Assembly (NCBI RefSeq): GCF_001194135.2
Contig: NC_068988.1
Coordinates: forward strand, 3,236,406-3,300,405
Direction: 5' to 3'
DNA length: 64,000 nucleotides
From: Octopus bimaculoides
Lineage: Eukaryota
Every line of letters starts with the position of its first letter. Positions within the stretch are counted from its first letter, which is position 1. The position numbers and the translations under genes were made by a program. Shown piece by piece: positions 50,530 to 63,986 of the stretch. A model generated the notes under the pieces. It did not search any database and had not been told where the DNA came from. It was given only the letters and a program-made list of their open reading frames with translations.

Positions 50530-51248
50530 GGTCTCCTATTTTGTTTAATTAGATTTCATCATCATCGTCATTGTCATCACCACCAAAACATCCACCACCA
50601 CCATAGTCATCGTCATCATCATCACTTAAAGTTTGCTTCCATACTGGCATTGGTGGGATGGTATGATAGGATCCAATGCCCTTTTCAATGTCAGCCACCT
50701 TACCGAGTGTAACTGTATGCCAACTTTCATGGCACCAGCACCATTGATGTCACCAAGTAACTTGAAAGACAAAGAAAGGAAAAGACATTTTGACTGGATG
50801 AGTGGAGTGGGGGGTGGCTGGGATTTATGCCAAGCGTTGAGTCTAAACTATCAAAAGGGAAAAAGGCTGCTGGTGTCTTGCTACCCCATATGACATAAGG
50901 GTGGGTGGAAGCAGATATGAAGAAGATAATGATGGTGACAGTGAGATGTCAGAGTGTACTCTCAAAATACAGGAGGGAAAATGTCAGAGAGAATACGGAC
51001 TTTATGAAGGGTGAGTGGGTACGGTGGTAAGAGTGTAAGATGAGGGGTGATAGGTGGTTACAGATGGGGTGGGGAGAGGTGACTATAACAAATGGACCAA
51101 GAATGAATATGTGGTGGATGGTAAATATGGTGTGGTGGGGAGTTGATAGAATCATGAGTAGATGATAAGTAGCAACAACAGGAAGGATCAAGAGATGTTT
51201 TTTTTATTTTTTTCCCTCATTTTGGTATTAATTTATAGGAGCAGAAAA

Positions 51249-51529
51249 CAGTTCTGTATTTAAGAGATGAGGAATTATGTACATTATTTACATTTGACGG
51301 ATATTGGTCCTCATCTTCTTTGTTGTTAAAACAATGTTTTGGCTGATATACCCTCCAGCCTTCATCAGGTGTCTTGGGGAAATTTCGAACCTGGGTTCTC
51401 ATTCCTGAGGTATTTTTCGATGATATTATTATTATCATTATTTGTTATTATTATTATTATTCAGGTTACTGCCTGGAATCAAACTCGGAATCTTGGGGTT
51501 AGTAGCCTCATCTTTTAAATATAGAACTG
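51249..51529 (-). mobile_element. Hammerhead-bearing short element with tRNA-like head fragment and 24-bp inverted termini
   Basis: Termini 51249-51272 and 51506-51529 are 22/24 complementary. The minus strand runs ctactaaccccaagattccGAGTTTGATTCCaggcagtaacctg-(AAT)n, then the module shared with 22721-22912. Confidence 0.8.
51328..51373 (-). ncRNA. Minimal type I hammerhead motif, G12 mutated
   Basis: GACAC-CTGATGA-A-GGCTG-gagggtatat-CAGCC-AAAA-CAT-T-GTTTT: intact CUGAUGA and perfect stem II, but G12>A and CG>CA in stem III. Confidence 0.5.
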
Positions 51530-52184
51530 CAAGAAAAATTGCTTCTATATCTGTAATACAATACTAAATATCTAAATGCCATTGCTAAAAGAGAAAAAGT
51601 TGTAGCAAAATCAGAATCCAATACCCTAAGACATATCACAGAATTCTTCTGATGATTCTTATTGAGAATAAAGTTTAATACTAGTGGAGAAAATATTTTC
51701 ACTTAAAAAGCCAGGTTGATAAACTTTAATAAGGTGTTGGGTGCGGAACACTTAAATAAACAAATCTTACAATTGTTTGTTTGAGATGTTGGTCCATCCT
51801 TACTTTTAGTTTATCAAAGATTCTAGGCACTGACACATCACTTTGACATTTTTGAGTGAAGAATTGAAAGTTGATATCGCAGAAGTAGTGATTTCTTTTG
51901 AATCTGTTCATTCTGAGTTTTGACAACATTTAATGTTATGAAATCAGTTTTGCAATGAACAATAAAACCAATCTGCTCAAACCTGAAAGAGCTACCTTAA
52001 AAATAAAAAGTTTGATGAATAGTTTACCTCAGAAAGTTGAGATTGCTGACTTCTTCTACAGCTTCAGGTGTCCATGTTGTGTATGTCAAGAAATACTTCA
52101 TCTCAATGAAATAACATGGCTGTCCATGGAAAAGAAGCAGAGAAGTTTATCTATTTAGTTTCAGGAACTTAGATTCATGCTTTG

Positions 52185-52339
52185 GTGTTAGGAAGGGCAT
52201 CCAGCTATAGAAACCCTGCCAAACTAGGTTTTGAAATGGGGCAGCTCTCCAGCATATCAGTTTCAGTCAAAGTGACTAACCCATGTCAGCAGGGAAAGCA
52301 GATGCTAAATGATGGTGATGATGATGATGATGGTGATGG

Positions 52340-52377
<38 letters not shown>

Positions 52378-52388
52378 ATGATGATGGA
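52185..52388 (+). mobile_element. SINE family C 3' part with long (GAT)n tail; other pieces at about 50620-50760 (-) and 33960-34060 (-)
   Basis: ggtgttaggaagggcatccagctatagaaacc...gcagatgctaaatgatggtgatgat. Confidence 0.8.
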
Positions 52389-52700
52389 TTATATCATCTA
52401 GCATTAACATTATATTCGCGTCCAAGTTTCACACACAAAGCAAAAATAAGGATTTGTTATCAATGCATTCTTTCCTTGTTTAAGAATCACAGAAGTTGTG
52501 CCTGAAGATTAGTTATCCATTATTATTAGTAAAATGCTTTTTTATCTAACCTCAGGAAAAAAAATCTAACAATAACAAAAATCCTTTGGAACCTTATTTC
52601 CAAACCACTAAACAGGCCAACAATTATTTAATCCAGATGACAGCATGAAAACCAGGATATAGCCTTTGCCAGATCTATTCTCAACAGAGTTGTTTTAACA

Positions 52701-52702
<2 letters not shown>

Positions 52703-52785
<83 letters not shown>

Positions 52786-52795
52786 TGTGTGTGTG
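52703..52795. repeat. (TG)n microsatellite
   Basis: Read directly. Confidence 0.95.
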
Positions 52796-54761
52796 CATGC
52801 ATATGTCTGTATTGATTCATTTGCATTTCTTTTTTGTTCCTATCTTTCACTGTTACTGCCTCCACACTTGCTAAAGCTTCCTCTTCCATCCACCTCTCCC
52901 TCTCTCTTTCTCTCTTTGTCCTGCTTGCCATTTGCCTCCATCACTCCCATTCCGGTTACAACAGAAACCTAGAGATCCCAATAGCTACACCTGAAGCTCA
53001 TGGAATTTTCACAAATCTTGCTGGTTTTATTTAATTCATAAGTGATAATGGTTATTTGGAGACTGTAATCTTTGAGGCCTACATTCTCTGTCTGCAATAG
53101 CTAAAGGCTACAGATGGTGTGGGTGTGTCAAGATAAGCCTATCTCAGTATTTCAAGTAGAAGAAGTCAACAAGACAACTCCACCCTCCATCCACCTCGTA
53201 CAAACTTTGTTCCTGTATGTCAGTAATTGTGAGTCAATTGAGATGATGATGATGATGATGATGATGATGAAGCAGAGGTAACGAAGAACATGGAATAGCC
53301 ATAACTACCGGTACCAACTTCCTCCACCACCACTTCCACACCTTCCTCTTCCCCTCCTCCTCCNNNNNNNNNNNNNNNNNNNNNNNNNNNNNNNNNNCTC
53401 CTCATCATCATCATCGTCATCATAGTCGTTGTCGTCATCATTTTTTATGGAAGGTTCTAAACCCAATACCTACCTACCAGTAAGGCAGCTTACTGAATGA
53501 CAATGACAGCTGAATATATAAGGAAGTTATTTTCGGCCAATATATACCAGTCTTAAATCTCTGAAAATGTCACCAAATTCTTACATAACCAATAATACTA
53601 GTTGCTTGCTAAAATAACTTATTTTAAAGCTTCTGTCAACAACAATACCAAAGATGGACAGTGCCAAGAGAGAAAAAATGGTAAAGAGCGACGAGGTTAA
53701 GGTATAAAACGATTAAGAAGAATACTTTCTAATTCTCATTTGAGAGAATGGATTTGCTTTAAATCATTTACAAGATTTCTATTTAAATAAATCTGCAAAG
53801 AATGGAATCATTCTAATAAAAGATTCATGATTTGCATTTCACAAAAATTGAGAAATATCAAAAAGTCAGTGCAATAATAGCTGAGAAAGAGAGTGAGGGG
53901 GAGAGAGAGAGAGAGGAAGAGAGAGAGGGAGAAAGAGAGAGAGAGAAGGAATGTATGTTTGTTGAAGTTGACTATAATTAAAACCTGAAACAAAATGCCT
54001 CTATTTCCAGTTTTAAAAATGGTTTAAATGTTTCTAAATAACTCTAGAGATATTGATTATTTAATCAAAATAATTTCACTTGTCGGATATATTTTAATTA
54101 ATAATTAATAGTTAATTCTTCAGAAATAGCAATAATCCATAGATTCGATACTTTGTGTTACAACAGTGGAGAAGAAACACAGAGACAGATTTATCCAAAG
54201 ACAATTTGCCAATCTATGGCATATAATTTTCCACAAAGTGTTTCCCTCCCTTCCTTACTTACCATTCCTTGACACCTGTTCATAGTATTCACCCTCTTAC
54301 TTATTCCCTACCTCCTACAATCATATGCTCAGGCAATCTCCAGCCATCCGCACTTCCCATTTTGTTCTCACTCAATTTTACTCAACTAGTGCCTTGTGGA
54401 GTCACCGACACCTCATCAATGCCGTTCTAATCTACCATTCCACTTCAACCCAGCCCACATCCATTCTCTCTTTTATGATATGAGCAACCTTGCAGCCTCT
54501 CCCCCCAACAGCAAGAAACCTGTTCTGTTCTGGACCTTCGCTTTATTCCTTCTCTTTATCCTTGTTCTGGACCTTCTCTATTCACTTTATCCCTTCATCC
54601 CATAGCATAAAGCATAAAGTCACCCACCTCTCTACATAACCCTATTCTTCTGGTGTTATAAAAATAAATACTATGTACCAAGAGTGATTCACTTCTCTTG
54701 AGATATCCTTCAAGTACTGTCAGGCATAAATGGAAAAACTACTACTATTATTATTATCATT

Positions 54762-54995
54762 GAGAGAGCAATGCATGTCATCAAAGTGATACTGGGGCAC
54801 AAATATACTAAGCCCAGTATACCCATCATGACTTCTTGTTTGATCAGGGTACACCAGGCACATGCACCACAACCATATGTGCGTGACATGGTGCTCTCAT
54901 ATCAAGCTAAACACATGAGCTTGCAGTTGGTGCTCAGAGTTTTCTTCAGGTTGAGTAGCCAATTCTGCTCAAGTGGTCCTTGAATAAGGTTTGTT
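54762..54995 (-). mobile_element. Second copy of the (AAT)n-flanked repeat at 718-1032
   Basis: Reverse-complement similarity to 790-1030. Confidence 0.75.
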
Positions 54996-57900
54996 AATTA
55001 TTATTATTAGATTCCCCTGAAGTCGACTTTGCCTTTTACACTTTCAGGTTTGATAAAATAAGTACCAGTTGAATACTGGGGGTTGATGTATTCAACTTAC
55101 CCGCTCTTCCTTGTGCGAAATTTCGAATCATTAAAATTTATTATCATTAAAATGGCAAGCTGCCAGAACCTTTAGTACACTGGACAATAATGTCCAATAT
55201 TATGTTCTGAGTTCAAATTCCGCCAAGGTTGATTTTACCTTTCATCCTTTTGGGATCGATGAAATAAGGACGTGTCAAGAACTGGGACTGATGCAATCAA
55301 CTTCCCCCTCACCTCAAAAACTGCTGGCCTTGTACAAAAATTTGAAACCATTAGTATTACTATTGTTGTTGTTATTGTTGTTTAATTAAGAGTCCAACCC
55401 ATGCCGGCACGAAATGTGGTCGTTAAATGATGATAGAGAGTGGCAGGAAGGCAACCTGTTCAGAACATTTGACAAAATGTCTTTTTTCTGTTTACTTTAA
55501 ACCCCTAACATTAACCTGAATTTGGACTCAGTAGACATTGATATCGTCTTTCATCAATCCAGGGGTTGATAGCACAAAATATCAATCAAATACAAAGATT
55601 TATTTAACCCAACCCTGAATTTCTGACCTTGTACCTGTGGTAGAACTTTATTTATTTCATGATGATGTTTCTCAGGTTTAGGTAGCCCTGCTGCATGAGG
55701 TTTCACTACAGTATCCATCGTACAAAAGTGAGAGACAATTTATTGATTTTACAACAGCAAACCAACAATGCAACATTTGATTTCACAATGTTAACAAAGT
55801 CTGTTGTGGTGCCTAACATTAGCTAAGCAGACTGAGTTATTGAGTGCTGAATATGTCGGCTATTGACATATCACAGTACCAGCAATAAGATGTGAACCTT
55901 CAACCATTAGCTTAGTTTTCCTGTATGAAGTTAACCTCTCTCACCATGATGTTTATGTCACTGAGTGTGTCATTAATTTCTTTGATGAAATTTGGAAATT
56001 TATTTTCACAAGACGAGAATTTAGCTTTATAAACAGAGCCATATCACCTAACATCTCCATCTCCCACAACCATGACACCTTCTAACTAAGATAAATCAAT
56101 TATCGAACCTTTAAGATACCAAAATACTATCAATAATTAAGCAGTATATACCAGTATCACCCAAAAACTCATTGGTCTACACCAATAGTTGGCACTAACG
56201 AAACATTAGTTTCTCAGAGAAACAAAACTTTTGTTAAGTCTCATTGCAAAGTTGATAAATGGCTGGCATTTGCAACCATTATTAAGAAAAATAATTAAGT
56301 CCCTATCACTGGTAAGTTTCTAATTACACTGCCAGTGCAATTACTGCAGTCTGCTGTGATAATCTGGCCACTCATTCAATTAATGTCGCTATTACATTAG
56401 AAACATCATAGATTAGACGAGAAAAACACCATAAATCATGTTTGATGTGATAAGAAACCTAATTTAACAAATTTCTCAACTGTTACTATAGTTTCAAATC
56501 CAGCTTTTATTTGAAATTCAAATGTTACAATTTGAATTCATAACAGACAGAAGAATTTTACAGTGCTGAGTTTGGTAATGTTACATTTATTACATGGTGT
56601 TTGGGTCAAGGCAAACCAAGTCTATCATTCTTTGAAGATCAATGCTAACCAACAATAAACTAAAGAGAAGTTAATTAGAATTAGATGTCAGTTACTTACC
56701 CTTACTTCCAGAGGGAAGTTAATTAAAGACAGAATTTTGATATAAGTTGGATAGCATCACCTTGGTAATTGAACTCTATTTTAATATTGAATGGAAAGTA
56801 AACAATGTAGAATGATATCCCATAGAAGTAGTGGTGTGAGTTCCATAGAGTTATAGGTTCAATTCTCACTTGAACTGCATCGTTAAACTTACTCTTCAAA
56901 TTTAACTAGATCAATAAATTTAATGCGGAATATCAAATATTTAATTAGAATAATTAATGTCATGACGAAAGAACATTAGCTCATTGGTAAAATAAACTCC
57001 CAATCTGTTTCTCTCTTATTAGATCTCTTCAATAAAACATAAACTTCATCATAACTGACCAAGTAGAAATGAGCAAATAAACTAAGTAGGATTATATTAT
57101 TATATCTCAAAGAAGCAAGATGATTAGCATAATTAGGGAAAAGGAAACCGAATGCTGAGGTTAATTACTCAGAAATGCCATCTGCATTGGAAAGTGACAG
57201 TTAAGTAAGGTGAGTTCATTTAAAGTAGAGCATCAATAATTTCATTGGAAATACAAATGTGAAGAAAAGATGAGAACAGTAGCTAAGTGACATGTTTCAA
57301 TATCATTAGACCTCCTCAGCAAAACATAGACTTGACAGCCTAGAAAGGGATAAGTTCAAGGAGTTGGACTAACTCTTGGCACACCGAATCAAAGTATTTA
57401 GTCTGAAACAAACACAATATAAACAGTAGCATACATCTTTATAAAATCACTGGCTTTTGTTTAATATACTCCACTTGAAGTTAGAAGCTGACATCTTCAA
57501 CTGCTACATATGTTATAATCTGAAACTTCAAACGTTGTAATGACAAGAATAAATGAAAAAGATTGTAGATTTTGATAACAAAAATGATCTTTCTACTCTG
57601 AAAAAACAGCTTTGAGGGAAATACAATATTTTTCACAGAAAATATATTTCCATCTTAGGTGCAGAGTGAGAGAAACGAGTAAAAGCTTACCACAAACAGA
57701 AAATATTTAAAACTGATTGTATTACCTTCTACCTCCATCCTTTTGCCAACATCCTTAATATGTCTGCAACTCTTCATGAAGCTAACCACTTTTTCCAATC
57801 CTTCGTTCTCGTAACTGCATACTTTTGATTCTTAGATGCCTTTACACACAGTCTCTCGCCTTCTCATAATTTTATTCCTATTACAGCCTTCAACACTTCT

Positions 57901-58358
57901 GATTAAACATTACTCATAACAACTACGTAATTACCACTCTCTCTTTAGTACAAAGGACATGAAATGGCAGTGAATATTGCCTCTTCTCCTAAAACTATCC
58001 ACTAAAAGAAATTAAAGTCATCTTTGCAACAGAGGGAGTCCTTGTTAAGCCACAAATCATTCTGATGTCTATTAACACTTGCAAACTTTCATTTAAATAA
58101 ATAATTTCCTTCCCATCCCATAATTTTTTCCCCTCAAATATTTTAATGACACCTTTAAAATATTTTCAAGTCTGTCCAAAGTCTCCTTGATCTGAATTGC
58201 AGAGATGTTCGTGTGTGGCAAGCAATTGAGTTTGAGATTGTGAATTGAAAACAAACCATTGCAGTATGAAAAACACTTATTAACTATTCGAAATCACACA
58301 GAAATTGTTAACTTCAATTAAACATTAATTGCTGTTAAAATCTTCATCATACCAATTG

Positions 58359-58553
58359 CAACCCGGTCATTGACATGGTCCCTCTACAGCTAGTTTGAAG
58401 TGAGGCTATTGGTCAGTATATATATTGACCAACAGGCAATAACATCTAGAACAACTGATTTACATAGAAGGATAAACCTCTGAAACTGACGTATGCTGAC
58501 CAACGACCTCACCTCAAACTAGTTGCAAAAGAACTGAGTCAGTGGCAAAGTTG
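58359..58553. repeat. Old inverted repeat, 62-bp arms, 71-nt spacer
   Basis: 44/62 identical with no gaps; 16 of the 18 differences are transitions (hand count). Confidence 0.8.
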
Positions 58554-60196
58554 TAGTTTGTGTGGAGAAAAGGTTGACATCAGATAATAAATGTTTAAGT
58601 GAAGCTAATAGGTTTTGTGCATTTCTGAATGACTAAACACTTTGTCTTCCATGCTGCTATTGTCTTTAATCTGACCTCACATAACACAACTTAATCAAAC
58701 TGAAGCAAAAATACATTTCTCACCAAAGAACACGAAAAAATCAGCTTACTGTCATGCTAACATAAAATCTCTTCCATTCTCTATAAATTGGTGAATTCCC
58801 TAACTCATTAGATTATAGATTAACGAATAATGATTGTTTCTTCATGTGTTGAGTTTAGTATAAATCAGTATGGTGAAGACTCACCACCTCTAAGCTCCAC
58901 GAAGTGTTGAACCAAAAACTCGAAAAGAGTTAACTAGGCAAACACACTCCTTGGTTTTACAATGTCTGTGAACTAAGCCACCAAATAATATCTGCAGAGT
59001 TGTTGATACAATTAGCAGCACATAAAGAGTATAAGTGATGCAGGAGGCTGCAGAATTAATGGTAATATATAAACATACAAACTTTGGTTAGTAATATAAC
59101 ACCCTATTAACCATGTCTTTTGTCTTTATATTAATTGAAACAGTTCTTTAACTAGGTTAAATCTGTCTTTGGAGAATACCACTTTCTTTATGTGGAAACT
59201 AGACTCAGCTAGGTTTATTCATATGCCATGGAAATAATTTAACTGGAAAAGTAGTGACAATATAATTATGGATGTGGTAGAAATCAATCAATATGTTTAT
59301 CAGGTAAGCAAGTAATACTTGCACATTATCTAAACACATTCCATTCTTAAACTTTTTCTAGTACCCTGTACAGTTATGAATGTTTAAACAACATTAAAGG
59401 AATATGCCAAATTATGAAAGTACATTTGTTTGCTAACAAAGGAAAGAAAGTGAACATAAAATAAATAAATAAATAAATAAGTGCAACATTTTGAAGCAGT
59501 GGCTAGCTTTTGATGTAAGAAACAGTTTGGTATGGTAGCAAACATACAAACTTCAGCTATAAACAATTTTACTGTGAAAGGTAATGGCAAAGCTTCAGAA
59601 TGGTAAGATTTTTCTCAGAGATAATTTTTTTTTTACGTAAGCACAGCAAAGAAACATATCATAGAGAAAAGCACTAGTGACACTTTTGAAAGGAAAACTT
59701 CAACAAAATAAAAATATCCAGAATTTTCCTGTGAGTAACGTGCATTGATTTTTTTTTTTTTTTTTTTACATATCAGAGTAATGTTTAAGGAAAGGAATTA
59801 CTATGCTATTTTGTTTTGTCATTTTATTTTGTTTGCTTTTTCTCTGATTCTCAAGAATTATATAAATATTTTTTTAGTAAGTCTTTAGTAAGTCTTTTTG
59901 AGAAAAAAAAAAAGAAAAACTCTCTAAAGTAATATATGGGTTAAAGAGCACTTCTTTAAAATGAGGCTTCTCATAGATGGCTGAAAGGCACCGCTGCAGA
60001 TTTCGGTAACAAAAATAGTATTTTAAAACATGATATTTATTTGGAACTGCAAGTCAAAGTTCACTATTTCTGTTTTCTGACTAAACTCATCCAATATAAT
60101 AACAACATTTTAAACTTAAGAACATCTCATAAGTCTTTAGAAGGTAATAAGTTAACCAAAAATAACTGTAGGCAGCTGTGTATATACCTGTATATA

Positions 60197-60255
<59 letters not shown>

Positions 60256-60754
60256 NNNNNNNNNNNNNNNNNNNNNNNNNNNNNNNNNNNNNNNNNNNNN
60301 NNNNNNNNNNNNNNNNNNNNNNNNNNNNNNNNNNNNNNNNNNNNNNNNNNNNNNNNNNNNNNNNNNNNNNNNNNNNNNNNNNNNNNNNNNNNNNNNNNNN
60401 NNNNNNNNNNNNNNNNNNNNNNNNNNNNNNNNNNNNNNNNNNNNNNNNNNNNNNNNNNNNNNNNNNNNNNNNNNNNNNNNNNNNGAGAGAGAGAGAGAGA
60501 GAACTTTCTGTCAGCAAAACACATTGACCAAAGATAAACAGAGTTTAGAATGATTCATTCTGAGGCAAGCGACTGTTGAAATAGTAACTGGAGGGGAGAA
60601 GACCATACAGGGACACCTTACACAAAAACAAAAACAAAAAAACAACACAGAAATTGTCCAGTTTCTCTTCTTTACTCTTTTAAGTTGTCATCATTTGTCA
60701 GCATTTAGCAGTGTTCATACACTAAAACTCGAATAGGTGGGGCAAGTTTAGAGA

Positions 60755-61140
60755 GCTACTACCTCTGTTGGCAACAAAAGGACTTTCCTCTCTCTCTCTC
60801 AGAGTGAAAGGTATGATGCTTGTATACGAACAGCTATACTCCATGGTAGTGTAACATGGGCTCTGAATGCAGAGCATCCTCCTTCCATGCTGGTATGGGT
60901 TGGATGGTTTGACAGGAACTGGCCAGGTTGGCGCCTATGCCATGCTTCTGAGTGTGTTTTGGCATGGTTTTTACAGATGGGGGCCCTGCCAATTGCCAAC
61001 CACTTTACAGTGGGGACTAGAGAGAAATGAAGGCAGTATGCCTTGTTGGATGTGCAGTGTCAATGTGCATGAATGACAAAGTGCAAATGTGTTGAGAGAA
61101 GAGATGGACATAAGAAGAATTAAATGCAGCATGCAAGAAA
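60755..61140 (+). mobile_element. RTE LINE 3' fragment interrupted by an inverted RTE-tail SINE piece (about 60880-61015)
   Basis: The flanks match 8200-8420 (ctctctc.agagtgaaagg...tatgatg...catggtagtg.aacatgg..ct.aatgcagag | ..agagaaatgaa...ggatgtg...gt.aatgt.cat). The insert begins ttccatgctggtatgggttggatggtttgac. Confidence 0.8.
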
Positions 61141-62177
61141 CCTGTCTCTGCATTATCCAAATATATAAAGGAAAGCCTGCAATGGATTTGAACACTGAAT
61201 CTATAAGATGGCAGCCTATTATTATTCCCATTTAGAATATAATTAGAAAAGTAATAATAGATATAGTCATTAAATGGAATAAATAACTGCTAGTTGTTAA
61301 TATCTGCTGGCAGTTACCAAAAGGAACCTGAATTTATTTTGAAAAAATGACAACAGTTAAATAATGTCAAACCACCATAGTTTTCATAAAAATGAAGAAA
61401 TCATAACCTTTCTCATCATTGCTAGCATCATCATCATCATAAAAAGCTACACCACAATGTGTTCTGTGTGTATTTATCGATCATGACATGAAATTGTTAT
61501 GATTTTTAGCTGATAACTTGGATCTCATGAAACTACCAGGGCTACACTATAATTATCAGTGGTAATTTACCAAACATCTTTAGAAACTGCAGTTACCTCG
61601 ATATAAAGTTGGTTTTATATGATATTATGCATGAGACTACAGATCAATGTAGCATACATTGATACAAGTACACATGTATACTCACAAATACATTTGTACT
61701 CATACACCTTGGTATAATTATAGTCAACTAATAGACAGAGTCGTTAACATATTGGATCAATTGCTTTGCAGTAATCATTCTGGCTCTCTGGAAACTGAGT
61801 ACCAGGCCCACTGTTGTCAACTTTGCCTTTCCATCATTTTGGGATCTGTCAATCCAGTTCTGTACCAAAATTGACTCTTCTCTTGCTTTCACTCCATTTT
61901 TGTCCGTGGGTGTCTCTTTCTGGAAATATTGGCGGAAGTCAGAGATGGTCTCAAAATGCCCAAGACATATTGTATGTTAGTAAGGTTACCTACGACTCCA
62001 CCAAAGGACTGATTGCATCAAAGTGACTACACAGGGCCACATGTTTGTTATGTACAAAGATCGTTACATAATAATCATATACAGCTATATATTACATGGA
62101 GCTTACTGTATATTTTATGTATATGTGTATATATTTATGTATATATATGTATGTATATAAATGTGTATCTATGTGTA

Positions 62178-62229
<52 letters not shown>

Positions 62230-63869
62230 ATTCAAATAAATAAATAAAAAAGGAAAAGCAGGGAAAACAACAAATGTGAGGACGTACACAAGAAGTGTAT
62301 TAGCTTGCTGTTTGGTCAAAGGAGAGAGTTTAATACTTTGAGCATAGCTCTCTGTCAGAAAGGAGAAAGAGGAAAAGTCCAAAGAGGGGAAGAAGAAGAA
62401 GAAATCACCAACGCCACATGTGCGATTACATTGTAGTGACATTAGCGCTGATGAAAGCATTAGGTAAAATATTTCATTTTTACTTTAAGCTTGGAATTCG
62501 ATCATATTCACAGTTAACCGGCCTTGTTGATTCATTATTTTTCCTTTGCTTGTCTGCAGTATAGTGTGTTATTCTCGGAGATTTTTAGGTGTTAATAGTG
62601 GCTTTTAGCTTCTATTTCGTGCAGTGCGTGGTGAGGCATAAAGCTGATCCCTTGTTATAATTATGTATATAATTATAAAATATTTATATATAGAGAGAGA
62701 TACATATATACACACACACATGCACACATATGCGTGCGCACACACACGTATATATGGGCAACAGACATTAAATGATGATGACACGATTATGTACATTTAT
62801 ATATATGTGTGAGTAAAAAATTGCAGAGAAGGAAGAGTATATACACTTGAGCCTCTCTTCTAGTCGTAAAAATTTATTAGATTTTATTTAATTACACGAC
62901 ATACCTTAAGGTTATTGTCAACTCACTGAAATGTTCAGATGCAAAATTTGAAAAGAAGACATCGAATTTCTTTGTTTCGATATCTCTGTAAATGTAAATC
63001 TGACAAATATGAAACAGTTAACATAACAGCTGGAATATATTCAACCATTAAGTGAAAGTGTGTAAATATTTTTGAATAGGAACTGAAGGAAATATATAGT
63101 TGTATGGAAATGCTTGCAGTTTCAATTCAAGGCACACAAATTTCAATGGAAAGTAATGGGTTTGAACCCTCAGATGTGTTGTTCCCTTTATAGTTAGTAG
63201 CAAGTTGGTTGAGGAATTTAAAACAGGCTGTTCATATTTACCTTTAACATAGTATTAACTGAAATCATTAAATCAATCGTTGTTGAAGCATTTTGTTTTA
63301 GCTAAAATATATGATCAGAATATTAATTAGTAGTTAAGTGCTGCAGCTTTTATATTCTGCCCATGGTGATCAATATAAATTTGGGCATCTTAAAGTATGT
63401 ATGTGTGTGAACGTGTCTGTGTGCATATGTGTGTGTGTGTTGAAGAGAGAGAGAGAGAGATGAGGTCATTCTGTCTGTCTAGGATCTGTGAACGCTGAAG
63501 AGCTGCTAAATATATTACAAGTTGTATGTGAATCATTTCAAACTACAAGTAATGTACTTTATTTACATATATTACTTGCATTTAACATGGAAAAATATCT
63601 ACTTGTTAATGGCTTGTTGTGCCATTACAGAAGGCTCATAGAATTCACCCTTCTCAAGGCTTTCAACAAGAAATGATAAAAAAAAGAAGCACAATATAAA
63701 CTGCAGATGCAAGTTTTAAGAGAAATGTTTTGGCATCAGCTATCATGCAATATGAAGGATATAGCATGTATAATACGCAGCCTATATAACATATGCATCC
63801 TAAACAAAATACAAGGCACAGAATATATGTCAAGAGTATGTGCTAACTGTAATATATAGAATATTTTAT

Positions 63870-63914
<45 letters not shown>

Positions 63915-63946
63915 TTTATTTAAAAGCAGCAGAAATATAACAAAAA

Positions 63947-63986
63947 ACCGTTACTCTGAGTTTCACGTTCCCGTTCATCGGACAGT
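63947..63986 (-). ncRNA. Compact type I hammerhead ribozyme motif (U4>C core variant)
   Basis: ACTGT-CCGATGA-ACG-GGAA-CGT-GAAA-CTC-A-GAG-T-A-ACGGT. Stem I 5 bp (one G.U), stem II 3 bp with a GNRA loop, stem III ACUC/GAGU, GUA site. Followed by AATAAAG and (TA)n. Confidence 0.65.

Noticed and set aside
62447-62476. CTGATGAAAGCATTAGGTAAAATATTTC
   Set aside because: The core start is present but stem II, G12 and stem I all fail.
62885-63190. Possible TTAA-flanked DNA MITE
   Set aside because: The putative terminal repeats match too poorly to support a call.
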